Both the position numbers and the translations under genes were made by a program. A DNA stretch of 64,000 nucleotides from an uncultured Nitrososphaeraceae archaeon (lineage in GTDB: Archaea > Thermoproteota > Nitrososphaeria > Nitrososphaerales > Nitrososphaeraceae). The DNA is taken from positions 1-64,000 of the forward strand of contig CAWGVG010000014.1 in assembly GCA_963825865.1 (NCBI GenBank), written 5' to 3'. The notes beneath the pieces were generated by a model. The model searched no databases. It was not told the DNA's origin and was given only the letters and a program-made list of their open reading frames with translations. Every line of letters starts with the position of its first letter. Within the stretch, counting starts at the first letter, position 1. Shown piece after piece: positions 33,884 through 47,701 of this stretch.

Positions 33884-34465
33884 CTATACTGTACTATTCT
33901 TCTTTTCGTACTCAGTAATTTGGTGCTCTAATTGCAAGGTAAATCCTATATCATCCAGACCTTCAATCAATGTCTTTTTTCTGCATTCGTCTATTTCAAA
34001 GTGTATGATTTTAGAACCCGCAATTACCATCTGTTTAGATAAATCAACCTCAATCTCTATATCATCAGCGTTTCTGAACAAATAATCAACTTTTTCATGG
34101 CTCAAACTAATTGGTAAAATTGCATTTTTGAAACAGTTACTGTAGAAAATATCTGCAAACGACTGTGCAATTATTGTCTTGAATCCATAGTCTCTGATAG
34201 CCCAAACAGCATGCTCTCTTGAACTTCCACTACCGAAATTATCACGTGTAAGCAATATTTGTCGCGCTCTATATTTTGGATCATTTAATACAAAACTTCC
34301 TTTTGGTTTTCCTTCTCTGTCAAACCTCCAATCGTAAAACAGATACTTGCCAAAACCAGTTCGCTGAACTAGTTTGAGAAACTGTTTTGGAATTATTTGA
34401 TCTGTATCTATGTTTGCCATGTCAAGAGGAGTCATTTTGCTTTTGATAACCCTAAAAGTTTCCAA
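33884..34465 (-). CDS. leuD: 3-isopropylmalate dehydratase small subunit
   Basis: NIDTDQIIPKQFL, NFGSGSSREHA, GLDDI. Confidence 0.96.
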   Translation of the reverse strand: METFRVIKSKMTPLDMANIDTDQIIPKQFLKLVQRTGFGKYLFYDWRFDREGKPKGSFVLNDPKYRARQILLTRDNFGSGSSREHAVWAIRDYGFKTIIAQSFADIFYSNCFKNAILPISLSHEKVDYLFRNADDIEIEVDLSKQMVIAGSKIIHFEIDECRKKTLIEGLDDIGFTLQLEHQITEYEKKNSTV

Positions 34466-34487
34466 TTCTTTTTTCTCCTTCTCCTTC

Positions 34488-35914
<1,427 letters not shown>

Positions 35915-36012
35915 ACTATCGCTTCTTTCAATTAATATGGAACCGAAATATAAAATCATATGCTAATAAACCAGAACTATAGACAATACTTAAATCTGGT
36001 ATTGATTCTGGT

Positions 36013-36676
36013 ATGCGTAGTATGCATCGTGAAGATAACAGGTATATTGAATATGTCACAGAGCAGATCAAGAAAGGAACTACTACATGTGCATTGACTT
36101 GCAAGGATGGCGTAGTACTAGCCGCTGATACACGTGCAAGCGCTGGTCTATTTATTGCTGATAGACATGTAATGAAAATCCAGAAAGTTGATAGGCACCT
36201 TGGGATGACAATGGCAGGAGGAGTAGCTGATGCCCAGAATGTTGTCGACATTATGCGTTACAATGCAAACATCTATCGACTTTCAAATAAGGAATTAATG
36301 CCAGTGAAGTCGGCATCAAGACTATGCTCTAATGTACTATTCAACCAACGATACTTTCCTTATTACGTTCAGATTATTGTTGCAGGATATGATAAGGAAG
36401 GGGGACAGATTTACAATATTGACTTGTTTGGTTCAATTACAAGCGAAAAATTCATCTCTACTGGCAGCGGTTCTCCAGTAGCTTATGGTTATCTTGGATC
36501 TGAGTTCAAGGAAGGATTGAGTGTAAATGACGCTTACAAGGTAGCGATACGTGCGATTGGCAGCAGCTATTCGAAGAAACGCAGGTACTGGTGACGGTAT
36601 CAATGTTGTTATCATAGACAAAGACGGCTATCGCGAGTTACCAAAAGAAGTCAAAGAGTCTGTTAGCGTAGTCTAA
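36013..36676 (+). CDS. psmB: Proteasome subunit beta, frameshift near 36559
   Basis: Propeptide then GTTT, AADTRAS, GGVADAQ, TGSGS. Confidence 0.95.
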
Positions 36677-37199
36677 GAACCATTGGTTTTATATGATTTA
36701 TAAATATCGTTTTTTTTGGAATTATATTGGAGAGATTTGTTAACAATAAATTCTGCTCATGGATAAACTAGCTTGGTATTTCCTTCGTAAGAGAAATAGT
36801 TTCTTGCTGTTAAGGTCTACAAATATTCTTTGTACTTCAAAGTCGAGCAAACCATCTTCTATTAAAAGAGGACACGAACAACGCTGATCTAAATCAAATC
36901 CTATTGTTTTTGCAATATTATTTTAGTAAAATAGGAAGTTTTAATCTATAAATGGATGTTTTGCACAAAAATCATCATTCATTGTATCGCTACCAAAAAA
37001 CATAGTGGATAAATCTTAGTATATTGTGAGGATCACATAAATTGATGACTCATAAACCCATCACAAAAGATTCCTGTATATGATTCAAGCAAGAACCTTC
37101 AGTCACAAATATAAAAAAGGAACGTTATACAAAAAGAAAGAATTTCAAAAGCCGCCTAAACTAACTAAGAAATCGAGACAATATGCTACTTTTCGATTT

Positions 37200-37821
37200 T
37201 TAAACGACCCTGGCGTATCTTCCCCGCTGTTCAATTTCTGAGACATTTTCTAAAACCTTGTGTGTTCTATTTTTGCTTGCTATTGTTGAATAACCTTTTA
37301 TAAAGCTGTTGTATGCATCTTTATATATGGATACATGTGCGCTACTAAAGGCTTCCTTTATTAATCTAATATCTACTGCTCGGTCTTCCATGCGTGTGGA
37401 ATAATATGATAGACCATAATCAAGCAAGACCAGTCTTTTGCCACTAATAAAATTTGAAGTTGTAAGATCGCCATGTATGATATTATTTGAATGAAGCAAA
37501 GCAGTATACATTCCAATTTCAGAGCATAATTGTGGTGTTATTACTTCCTTAACATTATTTCCTTCTACAAACTCCATTATGATCTCAGCATGCAAAGGAT
37601 CTATGAAATGTATGAATGGAGATGGAATGCCTGCTATTTTTGCGGACAGAAATCATTTTCGCTTCGTGAATCGTTCGATATTTGCGAATTTTATTATCTA
37701 AAGATTTATGACGATACGGTTTAGATGTTCTGATCTTTGAAATGACTTTCTTACCGTCCCAGCCTGTTAGGTAAATATCGGCTTCTGCGCCCTTTTTAAT
37801 TAATATTTTTCGATGCTGCAA
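37200..37821 (-). CDS. bud32: KEOPS kinase Bud32, split
   Basis: KGAEA, KPYRH, HGDLTTSN, DYGL. Confidence 0.93.
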
Positions 37822-37853
37822 TCGTATATATCTTCGAGCAAGATCATAAAAAT

Positions 37854-38178
37854 ATGACTTCCGTTAAACCAAGGCCTGGAGAGAAGAAGATTCTGCAAGA
37901 AGATTGTGCAGAAGATAAATTAAAAAACGGCATACTTACTCTGACGAATCAGCGAATGCTCTTTGAGGAGACTGAGGGAAGCATAGCAACTTTGTCAAAA
38001 AAGACTGGAGCAGTAGTATTAGACATTTCGCTTGATAAAATATACATCCGTAAAATCTGAAGGGTTTCTTGTAAAGAAGGTTGTAATTGTTTCAGATGAC
38101 AAGCGATACAAGTTTGGCGTCTTTAGCACTGGGAAATGGGCAAAAGCAATCGAGGAACAGATAAATGCAAAAAAATGA
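37854..38178 (+). CDS. Small PH-like domain protein, frameshifted
   Basis: GILTLTNQRMLF pattern typical of PH/GRAM-like folds. Confidence 0.55.
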
Positions 38179-38183
38179 GATAG

Positions 38184-39195
38184 TTATGTACGCCAGCTAA
38201 CGTCTACCGTATCCAATCGCCAAGACTGGCGCACAAAGGATTCTTCTATGCTTATTTCCATTTTGGTTGTCATAAAATGAAGGATTCCAGTCCAAGCAAT
38301 TTGTGCTCCATTATCTCCTGCAAATTGAATGGGGCAGACATACAAAAATGCATTCTGCCTATTACAAGCAGTTTCAAGCATTTGTCCCAGCCTCTTGTTT
38401 GCTGCGACACCCCCTACGATCATAATTTCCTTTTTGTCGGTAAATGAAACTGCCCGCTCTATTGTCTCTGTGACCATTGCAAATGCAGTTTCTTGCAACG
38501 AATAACATATATCTTTCAACGCATTATTTTTATTTGAAGCGAGTCTTATAGCAGACGTCAGTAAACCAGACAGTGAGACATCGTTTCCTTTTACAATATA
38601 TGGTAATTGCAGATAATTACCAGATGACTGCGATGCGAGTTGTTCTATTCTATCTCCACAAGGTGACGCAAAACCCATCATTCTTCCAAACTGATCAAGC
38701 AGCTGCCCAATTGTAATATCCAGAGTTTCACCAAATACTCTCCACCTATTATGGGAAAAAGCTAGTATCATGGTATGGCCACCAGATACTAGCGAGCACC
38801 AAGGGATCAGAGGCACCTGTAAGCATTGCTCCAAGTTCGATATGGCCTAACGCATGATTAACAGGGATAAGGGGTTTCTTATGAAATGTCGCAAGAGTCC
38901 TTGCAACTACAGCTCCTACGCGTAAGCAAGGTCCTAGTCCAGGACCAGCAGAATAGGCAATGATATCCACATCTTTGATTAAGATGTTTGCTTCTTTTAA
39001 CGAGCGCTTCAAAACAGACGAGGACGTTTCAGAATGATGTCTTGATGCTTCGCGAGGATGAATTCCTGACCCTCCAAGTGATTTATAATGATCACGTATA
39101 TCCGAAAGGATTTTCCCTCCCTTCTTATTTGAAGAATATTGTATGACAGAGCATCCAAATGTATGAGCAGTGCTTTCTATCCCAAGGCATAGCAT
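38184..39195 (-). CDS. kae1: KEOPS t6A synthase Kae1, split
   Basis: GIESTAHT, GPGLGPCL, HALGH, VSGGHT, GGVAAN, DNGAQIA. Confidence 0.95.
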
Positions 39196-39203
39196 TTCGT
39201 TTA

Positions 39204-40407
39204 TTATCTCCTGCTCGTAGCGGAAACTATTTTGATAACATCATTGTTCTTGAGCTATATTCACCCCCAAGTCTTTGCTTGCTCCGAATATCGATTGCAT
39301 ACAAGAAGCCAATTCCTAGATCGGCATGAATTTTGTTTGCTAGATCTTTTGCAGTTGAGCCTCTGGATAGCAAACGTGCATCTGGTAGAATGTTCCCGTT
39401 TTTATCCATCAATTTTATATCGTCTTCAACAGGATAAACAACAATTAGATTTAACAGCTTGAAACATACTAGGTTAATGACTTCTTGTACCGCTGGTTGA
39501 TCCATATTTCGCAATTGGCCATCTCACAATATCAAGTGCTTTCTTTTGTCCTTCATTTAACGAAACACCTACTTTGAGGTTAAATGAATTGTCACCTGGT
39601 AAATAATTCAAGAGTCTCTTCTTTGTTGCCCGTCTAAGCAAAGCCTCTGCCTCACATACACATGGAACTACTTCTAGACCAGTATTTCTGATCTTTGTAA
39701 TATTGTCATCTGCGGGCGTCAAATCGGCTTTATTTGGCAGCAATAACGATTGGTTTTGATTCTACTCTAATTTTTTTACATAATTCAAATATGTCTCCTT
39801 CTGTCCAGTTAGCTGGTTTTTTGTTGTATAGCCCCATTTCATTTAGGGCTTTGATGATGTAGGACTCTCCAATATCAAGACCAGATAAGCGTTTAGCGAG
39901 TATCAATTCCAGTTTTTGTTCCTGACGTTCTACTTCTCTTCCAATCTTGTTCCAATCTCTGCTAACAATGGAAGCAAGCCAAAGATCAAATTCCCTCTCT
40001 ACGAATTTGATATCAAATAAAGGGTCTCCTGTACCGATAGGAATCGGTTTACCTTCGCTATCTGTAGAACCAGATGCATCTACTATATGAATTAACGCCT
40101 CAGCCTGCCTTGCGTCATCGAGAAACTTATTTCCAAGGCCTTTACCTTGATGGGCTCCTGGAACAAGACCAGCTACATCAATTAATTTTATTGGGATGAA
40201 TCGATTACCGTCAACACACATCGAATGAATAGGATTATCTTGAACTCCAAATTCTCTACATACGCATTTTACTCTTGTAAAGGTAACTCCAAAGTTAGGA
40301 TTGACCGTTGTAAATGGATAATTAGCAGTCTGTAGAGAGAGGTCGGTGGCTGCATTAAAAAAAGTGGATTTACCGACATTGGCTTTACCTATAAGACCAA
40401 TGAGCAT
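39204..40407 (-). CDS. ychF: YchF/OLA1-like Obg-family GTPase, split
   Basis: GKANVGKST, YPFTT, DVAGLV, NKAD and TGS domain. Confidence 0.9.
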
Positions 40408-40654
40408 ATTATATCGAAGGCCTAGTCCCTGCATTAATGTCTTTCAAATTTTGTTTTTTATTGTATTCAAAAAAATTCTTTTGTCTATCGCTAAGAGGGA
40501 AAGATATAGTTCTGCTATTTCATAACTGTCATACGGTCAGCTTGTTAATTTGAACACAATCATTGAGCCTTCGCTATCGTATCTGTTATATATGGATATA
40601 TAAATTTGGACAAGATTTTTATCTTAATCGGGAAAGAAAACGGTTGGAAAAGAA

Positions 40655-42032
40655 GTGGCTGGAATTGTTGCTATTTATAATCTAGGTGAAGAAAAAGACA
40701 GTAGCGTAATTTACTATCTTGCACATTCAATGTTAATGCTCCAACATAGAGGGAAAGCGTATTGGCAGATGGCGGTAGGAAATGGAATGGCGGGAAGAGA
40801 AGGATCATTTCCATCAGACGAAAATCTTTTAAAAATAGTCCAACAAGAGAAATTATATGGCACTAATGGAATAGGGTATCTTTCAAAGAGATCTCCACAA
40901 TTCCCTAGCATGAATGCAATACGTATTGCACTCGACGGCTTTTTTGTAGATACAGAGAAATTACATTTACATCCTTATATCGGACCAGCCAAGAACTCAG
41001 ATTCACTTTTTAAAATTTATTATATTTTTAAGCAATTATTAATTAAGAGACAAAATGCAGAACGAGCAGGCTGAATTCTTAGACAGACACTTACGAGGAA
41101 ACCTGATTATAAAGCTGGAGGATGACATTTATGCTTATAGAAATAGCAGCGGTTTCAAACCCCTTGTTAATGCAAAAAACAAAAGCAAGACATGGAATAT
41201 TATAGCATCAGAAAATTCGCTACGTACTTCATTAATCGATATGGAATTTAATGATGTTAATGCAGGTCAATTGATAAAGTTAGGCAAGAAGAATGGATTG
41301 GAAATTTTGGCAAGTTTGCCACATGCAAGAATCATGATGGATCCGTTTGAATTTATCCGAGAATCACATGTGGCAACAGTATTCAACGGAAAAAGTATTT
41401 ATGCAATAAGGAAAAGCATTGGTAAAGAGCAAGCAAATGTCCTTGCAAAGGATATAAGTATTGACTCGGCATACGCAGAACCTGATTACACGCGACCGAT
41501 GACATTAGGGTTTAGCACTGAGTATCAGAGATATTCCAAAACTTTTCAGATTTCTGAGGGAATAATCAAGGACAGATATGACGATTCAGACCATATGATT
41601 GATTTCTCTGAACAAGTCAGCAAAAACAAATTACTTACAACAGGAAAGTCGCTGAAATTTGTCATTCAAAAGTTAGTCGAAGATAAAAAAATAGGGACAA
41701 TTCAAGGAACTATTCAGACCGGCAGTACCGCAAGAGAAACGATCTATTACTTACGCAAAGCAGGTGCGAAATGCATAGAAGTCATTGTGAGCTATGTTCC
41801 TACTGTAGACGGTAGGCAAGTTGGACTGTACACGCAAAACAGAGATCTGATTGCAAATAAATATGTGGGTCTAGTATCCTCTATTGATGAACTTAATGAG
41901 AAAGTTACAAAAGAGGTAGGAGCAGATACTTTATATTACAATTCCCCTGAAATACTTGCACACGGCATAGGCGTATGTGAAGATAACCTTTGGTTTCCCG
42001 AATGGGTAAGATTTCTAGATTATAGACGATGA
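40655..42032 (+). CDS. Amidophosphoribosyltransferase (PurF)-like protein with degenerate catalytic motifs, frameshift near 41070
   Basis: MAGIV, LQHRG, GFKPL, IASE and FEFI patterns of the Ntn-GATase/PRTase architecture. Confidence 0.75.
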
Positions 42033-42355
42033 GCAAAAAAAGCGATATGGACCTAAAACGAATTCAGAATAATCCATATAAATCTATAATTCTTTTAACA
42101 GACGGTAAGAATGAGAATCAAGGATTTATTATAGAGCATATCGAGCTTCGTCAGTATATTGAAAAGAGAGATCCTGCCTTAGGAAATTATTCATTAATAA
42201 CCGCGCTTATTCAAACAAACAAAGGTACAGTAGAGATGAAGTATGATGAAGGTTTCAGAGGGAATGATGCAATTGAATCTCCACTACCATTCTAAGGCGA
42301 GCACCTTGGTTTTGCAGCTTTAATTAATCGTGCATTAATAGAACTACAAAGTTAA
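42029..42355 (+). CDS. Hypothetical protein translationally coupled to the PurF-like gene
   Basis: ATGA overlap; continues after indels as HLGFAALINRALIELQS. Confidence 0.65.
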
Positions 42356-42885
42356 TAGCATGAATACACAAAAAACTCAATTGTTGTGGTTGGTGGCGCT
42401 ATCTTCTCAATCTGGCCGGTTATCAGACGAAGAAAAATGGATTTGTAACCAATGAACTTGACGTAGACAATATCAAATAATAAACTCTTGCCTTCAGTCA
42501 AGTATTGTGCTCGAAATTAAGAAAGGATTAGGGTCTTTCGATAAAGCATTGTTAATCCCAGCATCATACTATGGTATTATGGAATGAAGAATAGATGAGT
42601 TGTTGGTGATAATAGGATGGAGAGAATGGCGAATGTAATAGCAAATGCAGAAGAAGCGGTAATAAATTTACATAATATGTTGATGAGGGATTTGTAGATA
42701 TTGTTATAGCAAATTCGAACCCTTGCATAAAGATAATGTGAAACTATTTGTACTATAAATCGCTCGGGTTTAATGATGTTAGCAAGAAACTGGGATCCAA
42801 AACAAACTAACTTATCTTAATGCGTAATTTTTTTTATGCAATGTTGTTAGTCTAAACATACTGAGGTGTCTCAAGCTATGGACTA

Positions 42886-43692
42886 TTATATTCTAATAAT
42901 TATACCATTTTTCTTTAGATAATTTTTGACTTTATCGATAGTCGACTTCTCGTAATGAAAAATGGATGCAGCCAAAGCTGCATCAACGTCTGTCTTTTTA
43001 AAAATATCCAGCATATGCTCTGGTCTTCCGCAGCCTCCAGAGGCTATAACTGGTATACGAGCTGTTAAACAAATAGCTTTATTCAAATTAGTATCATATC
43101 CGTTTTCAGTTCCATCTGTGTCAATGCTAGTTAGGAGAATTTCTCCAGCACCAAGAGATTCTACTTCCTTTGCCCATTGTATTGCATCGATTTCCGTCCC
43201 CTTTTTGCCACCATAAATTATGACTTCAAACCAATACTTCTTTTTTCCATCTTCACTATTAAAAAAAATCTTACCCCCTTTTCCATAGTTTCTTTTTGCA
43301 TCTATTGCAACTACTATGCACTGCTTACCAAAAATTGACATTAATCTACTAATTAAGTCTGGGTCTTTTACAGCCGCGGTATTTATAGAGACTTTGTCAG
43401 CCCCACTAAGCAAAATATCTCGTGCATCATCTAAATTCTTTATTCCGCCTCCAACGGTAAAGGGAATATCAATAACACTTGCCACATTTCGAACAACATT
43501 CTTCATAGTCTCTCTTCCTTGTTCGGAGGCGGTAATGTCAAGAAAAACAAGTTCATCGGCACCTTGTTGACTATATTTATCAGCAAATTCCACAGGATCA
43601 CCTGCATCTTTTACTTTAGCAAAATTCACTCCTTTAACAACGCGACCATTATCAACATCCAAACAAGGAATAATTCTCTTTGCTAATGGCGT
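42886..43692 (-). CDS. hisF: Imidazole glycerol phosphate synthase cyclase subunit
   Basis: [28 protein letters not shown]; expected start reads ACG. Confidence 0.96.
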   Translation of the reverse strand, partial: TPLAKRIIPCLDVDNGRVVKGVNFAKVKDAGDPVEFADKYSQQGADELVFLDITASEQGRETMKNVVRNVASVIDIPFTVGGGIKNLDDARDILLSGADKVSINTAAVKDPDLISRLMSIFGKQCIVVAIDAKRNYGKGGKIFFNSEDGKKKYWFEVIIYGGKKGTEIDAIQWAKEVESLGAGEILLTSIDTDGTENGYDTNLNKAICLTARIPVIASGGCGRPEHMLDIFKKTDVDAALAASIFHYEKSTIDKVKNYLKKNGIIIRI

Positions 43693-43694
43693 TT

Positions 43695-44406
43695 TTATGC
43701 CATCACCCCTACTTTTTCCATACTGACCTTGCCATCATACAGTGCCTTACCAAGAATGACAGAAGTGCATCCAGCACTCCTGACCCTGATGATGTCTTCA
43801 AGACTTGAAATTCCGCCACTTGCTATTATTCTTGCGCCCGGGAAACTACATGCATGAGCTAAGGTTGTGGTATCCGGTCCAGTCAATGTTCCATCTTTAT
43901 CTATACTTGTTAGCAAAAATTCTTTTATGCCCATTGCCAAAAATAGTTTTAGTGCATCATCAACCCCAGACCCACTGGACTCTTTCCATCCATCTATCAT
44001 GACCTTGCCGTTATACTGGTCAATTGAGATTATAATTTTATCAGCTTTTTTTCTGGCAAGCCATCTTATTGAACTAGGTTCCTTATAAGCCATAGTGCCG
44101 AGTACAACTTTAGCAGCATTTCTGCTAAACATTTCATTTACTGCATCGGTTGAACGAATACCGCCTGCTACTTCAACAGGAATATTTACCTCCTTAATTA
44201 ACTTTGTAATAATTTCAATATTGTTCTTACCTGTACGCAAAGTTGCGTCAAGATCTACTACATGCAACATATCAGCACCTGCTGCCTTTCCATTTCATTG
44301 CGATTTCAATAGCGTTGTTGCTGTATACTATCTTATTAGCAGGGTTGCCTTTGACGAGTCTTACTACATTACCACACATAATGTCGATTGCTGGTATTAC
44401 TTTCAT
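43695..44406 (-). CDS. hisA: ProFAR isomerase, split
   Basis: [25 protein letters not shown]. Confidence 0.94.
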
Positions 44407-45026
44407 TTCTTTTTAGCACACACTTTGAGAAAATTTTTAATCATAGCTGAACCTGCCTTGCCAGATTTTTCAGGATGGAATTGAGTTCCGAAGAGGTTGT
44501 CTTTCTCGATTACTGCTGGTATGTTAATCCCATATTCGGAACTCGCAGCAACTATACTTTTACTTTGTGAAGATATATGATAAGAATGGACAAAGTATAC
44601 CCATGAATTATTTGTAATGCCTTCTAACAACTTACTTTCTTTCTTGGTTATTTCAAGATTATTCCAACCCATGTGAGGAACTTTGACTTTTTGCTTTGGC
44701 AGCATTACTACGTCTCCATCTAGCATTTTAAGACCCTCTAGTATCCCTTCTTCACTCCTGTCGAATAATATCTCCATACCAAGACAAATGCAAAGCATCG
44801 GCATATAATCATCAACAATAGCTTTTACAAACAATTCTTTACTGGGTTCAATTGATTTTATTGCAGGGTCGAAATTGCCTACGCCGGGCAAAACCAATCC
44901 ATCAAAGTTGTTGAGGCTCTTCATGTCTCGTATTATCAGGACTTTGTGAGCACCATTTCTCTCCAAAGCCACCTTTAAGCTGAAAAGGTTCCCCGCCCCA
45001 TAGTCAAATATTGCTACCTTGTTCAC
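44403..45026 (-). CDS. hisH: Imidazole glycerol phosphate synthase glutaminase subunit
   Basis: LPGVG, ICLGM, PHMGWN, QFHPEKS. Confidence 0.96.
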   Translation of the reverse strand: MNKVAIFDYGAGNLFSLKVALERNGAHKVLIIRDMKSLNNFDGLVLPGVGNFDPAIKSIEPSKELFVKAIVDDYMPMLCICLGMEILFDRSEEGILEGLKMLDGDVVMLPKQKVKVPHMGWNNLEITKKESKLLEGITNNSWVYFVHSYHISSQSKSIVAASSEYGINIPAVIEKDNLFGTQFHPEKSGKAGSAMIKNFLKVCAKKK

Positions 45027-45589
45027 TACATTGCACCTTTTGTGCTTGGTACCCCTTCCCTTTGCTTGTCAATGCTAGTGGCCATTCGAAGAGCTACCGC
45101 AAATGCTTTTATTGCGGATTCAATTTTATGATGGTCGTTAACTCCGTATTTTACTTTTATATGTATACAGGCATTCAAATTTTGTGCAAGGGATCTTAGG
45201 AAATGTTCAAGGTCTTCTCTTAGAATTCCTTCTACATCTCTATTCAATTTTAATTGTACGTTGCAGAATTGGCGTTTCACAAGGTCTATCGACACATATG
45301 CTAGAGATTCATCCATTGGAATTATTGCATATCCAAATCTAGTAATTTTGGATCTATCACATAACGCTTTGTCTATAGTTTGTGAAAGTGTAATCGAAAC
45401 ATCTTCTACTAAGTGATGTACAATACCATCATTGGATTTTGCAGTCAGAATAATGTCTATCATGCTATGCTTACCAATAGTGGTGATAAGGTGATCTATA
45501 AAGGGAAGACTTGTTTTGACAGTTGTCTTGCCAGTACCCTCAATCTTCACCTCCGCCATGATTGATGTCTCTTTAGTTATTCTTTCCAT
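45026..45589 (-). CDS. hisB: Imidazoleglycerol-phosphate dehydratase
   Basis: HHLVED, PMDES, NDHHKIE, PSTKG. Confidence 0.96.
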   Translation of the reverse strand: MERITKETSIMAEVKIEGTGKTTVKTSLPFIDHLITTIGKHSMIDIILTAKSNDGIVHHLVEDVSITLSQTIDKALCDRSKITRFGYAIIPMDESLAYVSIDLVKRQFCNVQLKLNRDVEGILREDLEHFLRSLAQNLNACIHIKVKYGVNDHHKIESAIKAFAVALRMATSIDKQREGVPSTKGAM

Positions 45590-45631
45590 TTTTGCAGTTC
45601 TATCGACAGGCAGCAGATGTAGCCAAGATGA

Positions 45632-46630
45632 TCACATTTTTGCCGACACATTATTTAATATATATGGTAGCTGATTGATGCTTTCAATGATTGCATCTGC
45701 GCCATTCTCTCTAAATTGCCTGACAGTACCTGCAGGCTCTTTACTACAACCATAAATACCAACAAATGCGATTTTAACACCCGTTTCCTTTTCCATTCGA
45801 CGGGCCATTAGTAAGTCCTCAATTGAATCGCCGGCACAAATAGCGGTATTTGCGTCCATAACTCTCATTGCTCTTTTAAGCGCATATGGATTAGGCTTGC
45901 CGTATTCTCGTTTTTCATCCTCCAGATACACACAGGCTCTTTGATTAAAAGTATCAAGTATCGGTTTTAGTGAATACTCTGCCGCGAATTTGCTTCTACC
46001 AGAAACTACTGCAATATTGTCATTAAACCTCTTTAAGAGAGCTTCAGTTGTTGTTCTGGTAACCATAAGTCTGTCATTTTCAATTAAGGGTTTTCCAAAA
46101 TAATATTTTGGCTCAAACTTATGCTTTTTCTTGAACAATTTTGGTCCATAAAATAATTCATCGAAAACTGTCGCCAACATACTTAGACCGACTGGTCCAG
46201 GATAATACAACATTTTTTTTAGTTTCTGAACGTCATACGAGCAAGAAGATAAGAACTTTTCAACAGAAATGATACCAGTTTCATCTGCATTTTTAGCCAC
46301 CGAAGAAAGGAACTTCCTTGCCTGTGTAGCGGTCTTTTGGCGATTAGCCAATACTGCGAGAGTTATTGCATAACTCGTATCGGTATCATTGTTAAAGCCT
46401 CCTGTTCGCCTCAATTTTAGAATTACCTCTTCCGTAACCAGACCCTTCAAGTTAGAGTTTCGTGTAAAATATTCGAGGATGAACTCTACAGTTTTTTTAA
46501 TAGCAGAATTATATGATCTTCTTGTATCTAATATAACTCCATCGACATCAAAAACAGCGCAATCGAGCTGGAAAAGACTTGAGTTTTGGACCTATATACG
46601 CCCTTTTGCCTATTGTTTTATAAGTTTTTA
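45632..46630 (-). CDS. HAD-family hydrolase, probable histidinol-phosphatase; 5' end frameshifted, start approximate
   Basis: FDVDGV upstream in frame, SGR, KPNP, GDSIED; lies inside the his operon. Confidence 0.8.
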
Positions 46631-46633
46631 TTT

Positions 46634-47701
46634 CTAAACTGCCTCTTCTATAGATTTCAGAAATTTATCGTTCATTTCTTTAGTACCTATTGTAGCTCGG
46701 ATGCATCCTTTGCGACCGTCAATATCGCCGAATGTTTTGATAATTAATCTTTCCTTTTTCAATGACTTTAGGATTGCTTCATATTTTTCGTAAGATTCAA
46801 GAAAAATGAAATTGGCATTCGATTTATGCGCTTTAATTCCATTTATTTTAGCAAGCTGGTCTAGTACTCTTTTTCTTTCATTTTTAACCATTTCGATAGT
46901 CTTTCTGACATAATTGGATTGGGATAGGACTATACTTGCTATTGTTAATGACAGCGTGTTAAGAGGATAAGGAGACTGGATGGAAGATCTAAATATTTGT
47001 GCAAATCTCTCATTTGCTATAAAGTAACCTACTCTAGCTCCTGCTAGTCCGAATGCTTTGGAAAGCGTACGCAATACAATGACATTATCATATTTTGAAG
47101 CAACTGACGCCAATGAATAATCGGCAAATTCGACATAAGCCTCATCAACTAAAATTAATTTATCATCAAGTGAGTCTATTATTTCTAAGATTGACTGCTT
47201 GTCAAATTGGTTGCCTGTGGGATTATTTGGAGAGCAAATATATGCTATATTGGATTGTTTTGCACTCTGTAAAAATTGAATTTTGTGCAGGGTATTGTCT
47301 TCTTTATTCAATGGCACCTTATCTACTGTCACTTCATGCAATTCGCAACGATTTATAAAATATGAAAATGTCGGACTAAAAATGGTAGCCCGCCGACCTT
47401 TACCAATAGTTGACAAAATTAATTCAATTATCTGATCGGATCCATTTCCAATTGCAAGATATTTTTTATTAATATCTGTGTACGTGGAAAGCTCTCTGTA
47501 AAGCTCTTCAAATTGTTCTAATGGATATTCTCTTAGATCCACATATTTTGCTACCTGTAAAGCAATTTCTGCAATGAATTTTTTGTCCAGAGCAAGGTTT
47601 TCATTTGAGTCTAATTTGATGGTGTCTTTAATCCGTTCTGGTCTGTTGTAACTATCAATTTTAGATATTTTATCTAATCTCTCAGAGAACCAATTTTTCA
47701 T
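46634..47701 (-). CDS. hisC: Histidinol-phosphate aminotransferase
   Basis: NGSD, PNNPTG, DEAY, RTLSKAFGLAGARVG. Confidence 0.96.
   Translation of the reverse strand: MKNWFSERLDKISKIDSYNRPERIKDTIKLDSNENLALDKKFIAEIALQVAKYVDLREYPLEQFEELYRELSTYTDINKKYLAIGNGSDQIIELILSTIGKGRRATIFSPTFSYFINRCELHEVTVDKVPLNKEDNTLHKIQFLQSAKQSNIAYICSPNNPTGNQFDKQSILEIIDSLDDKLILVDEAYVEFADYSLASVASKYDNVIVLRTLSKAFGLAGARVGYFIANERFAQIFRSSIQSPYPLNTLSLTIASIVLSQSNYVRKTIEMVKNERKRVLDQLAKINGIKAHKSNANFIFLESYEKYEAILKSLKKERLIIKTFGDIDGRKGCIRATIGTKEMNDKFLKSIEEAV

Noticed and set aside
43690-43692. ACG start codon for hisF
   Set aside because: More likely a miscalled ATG given the error rate of this sequence.
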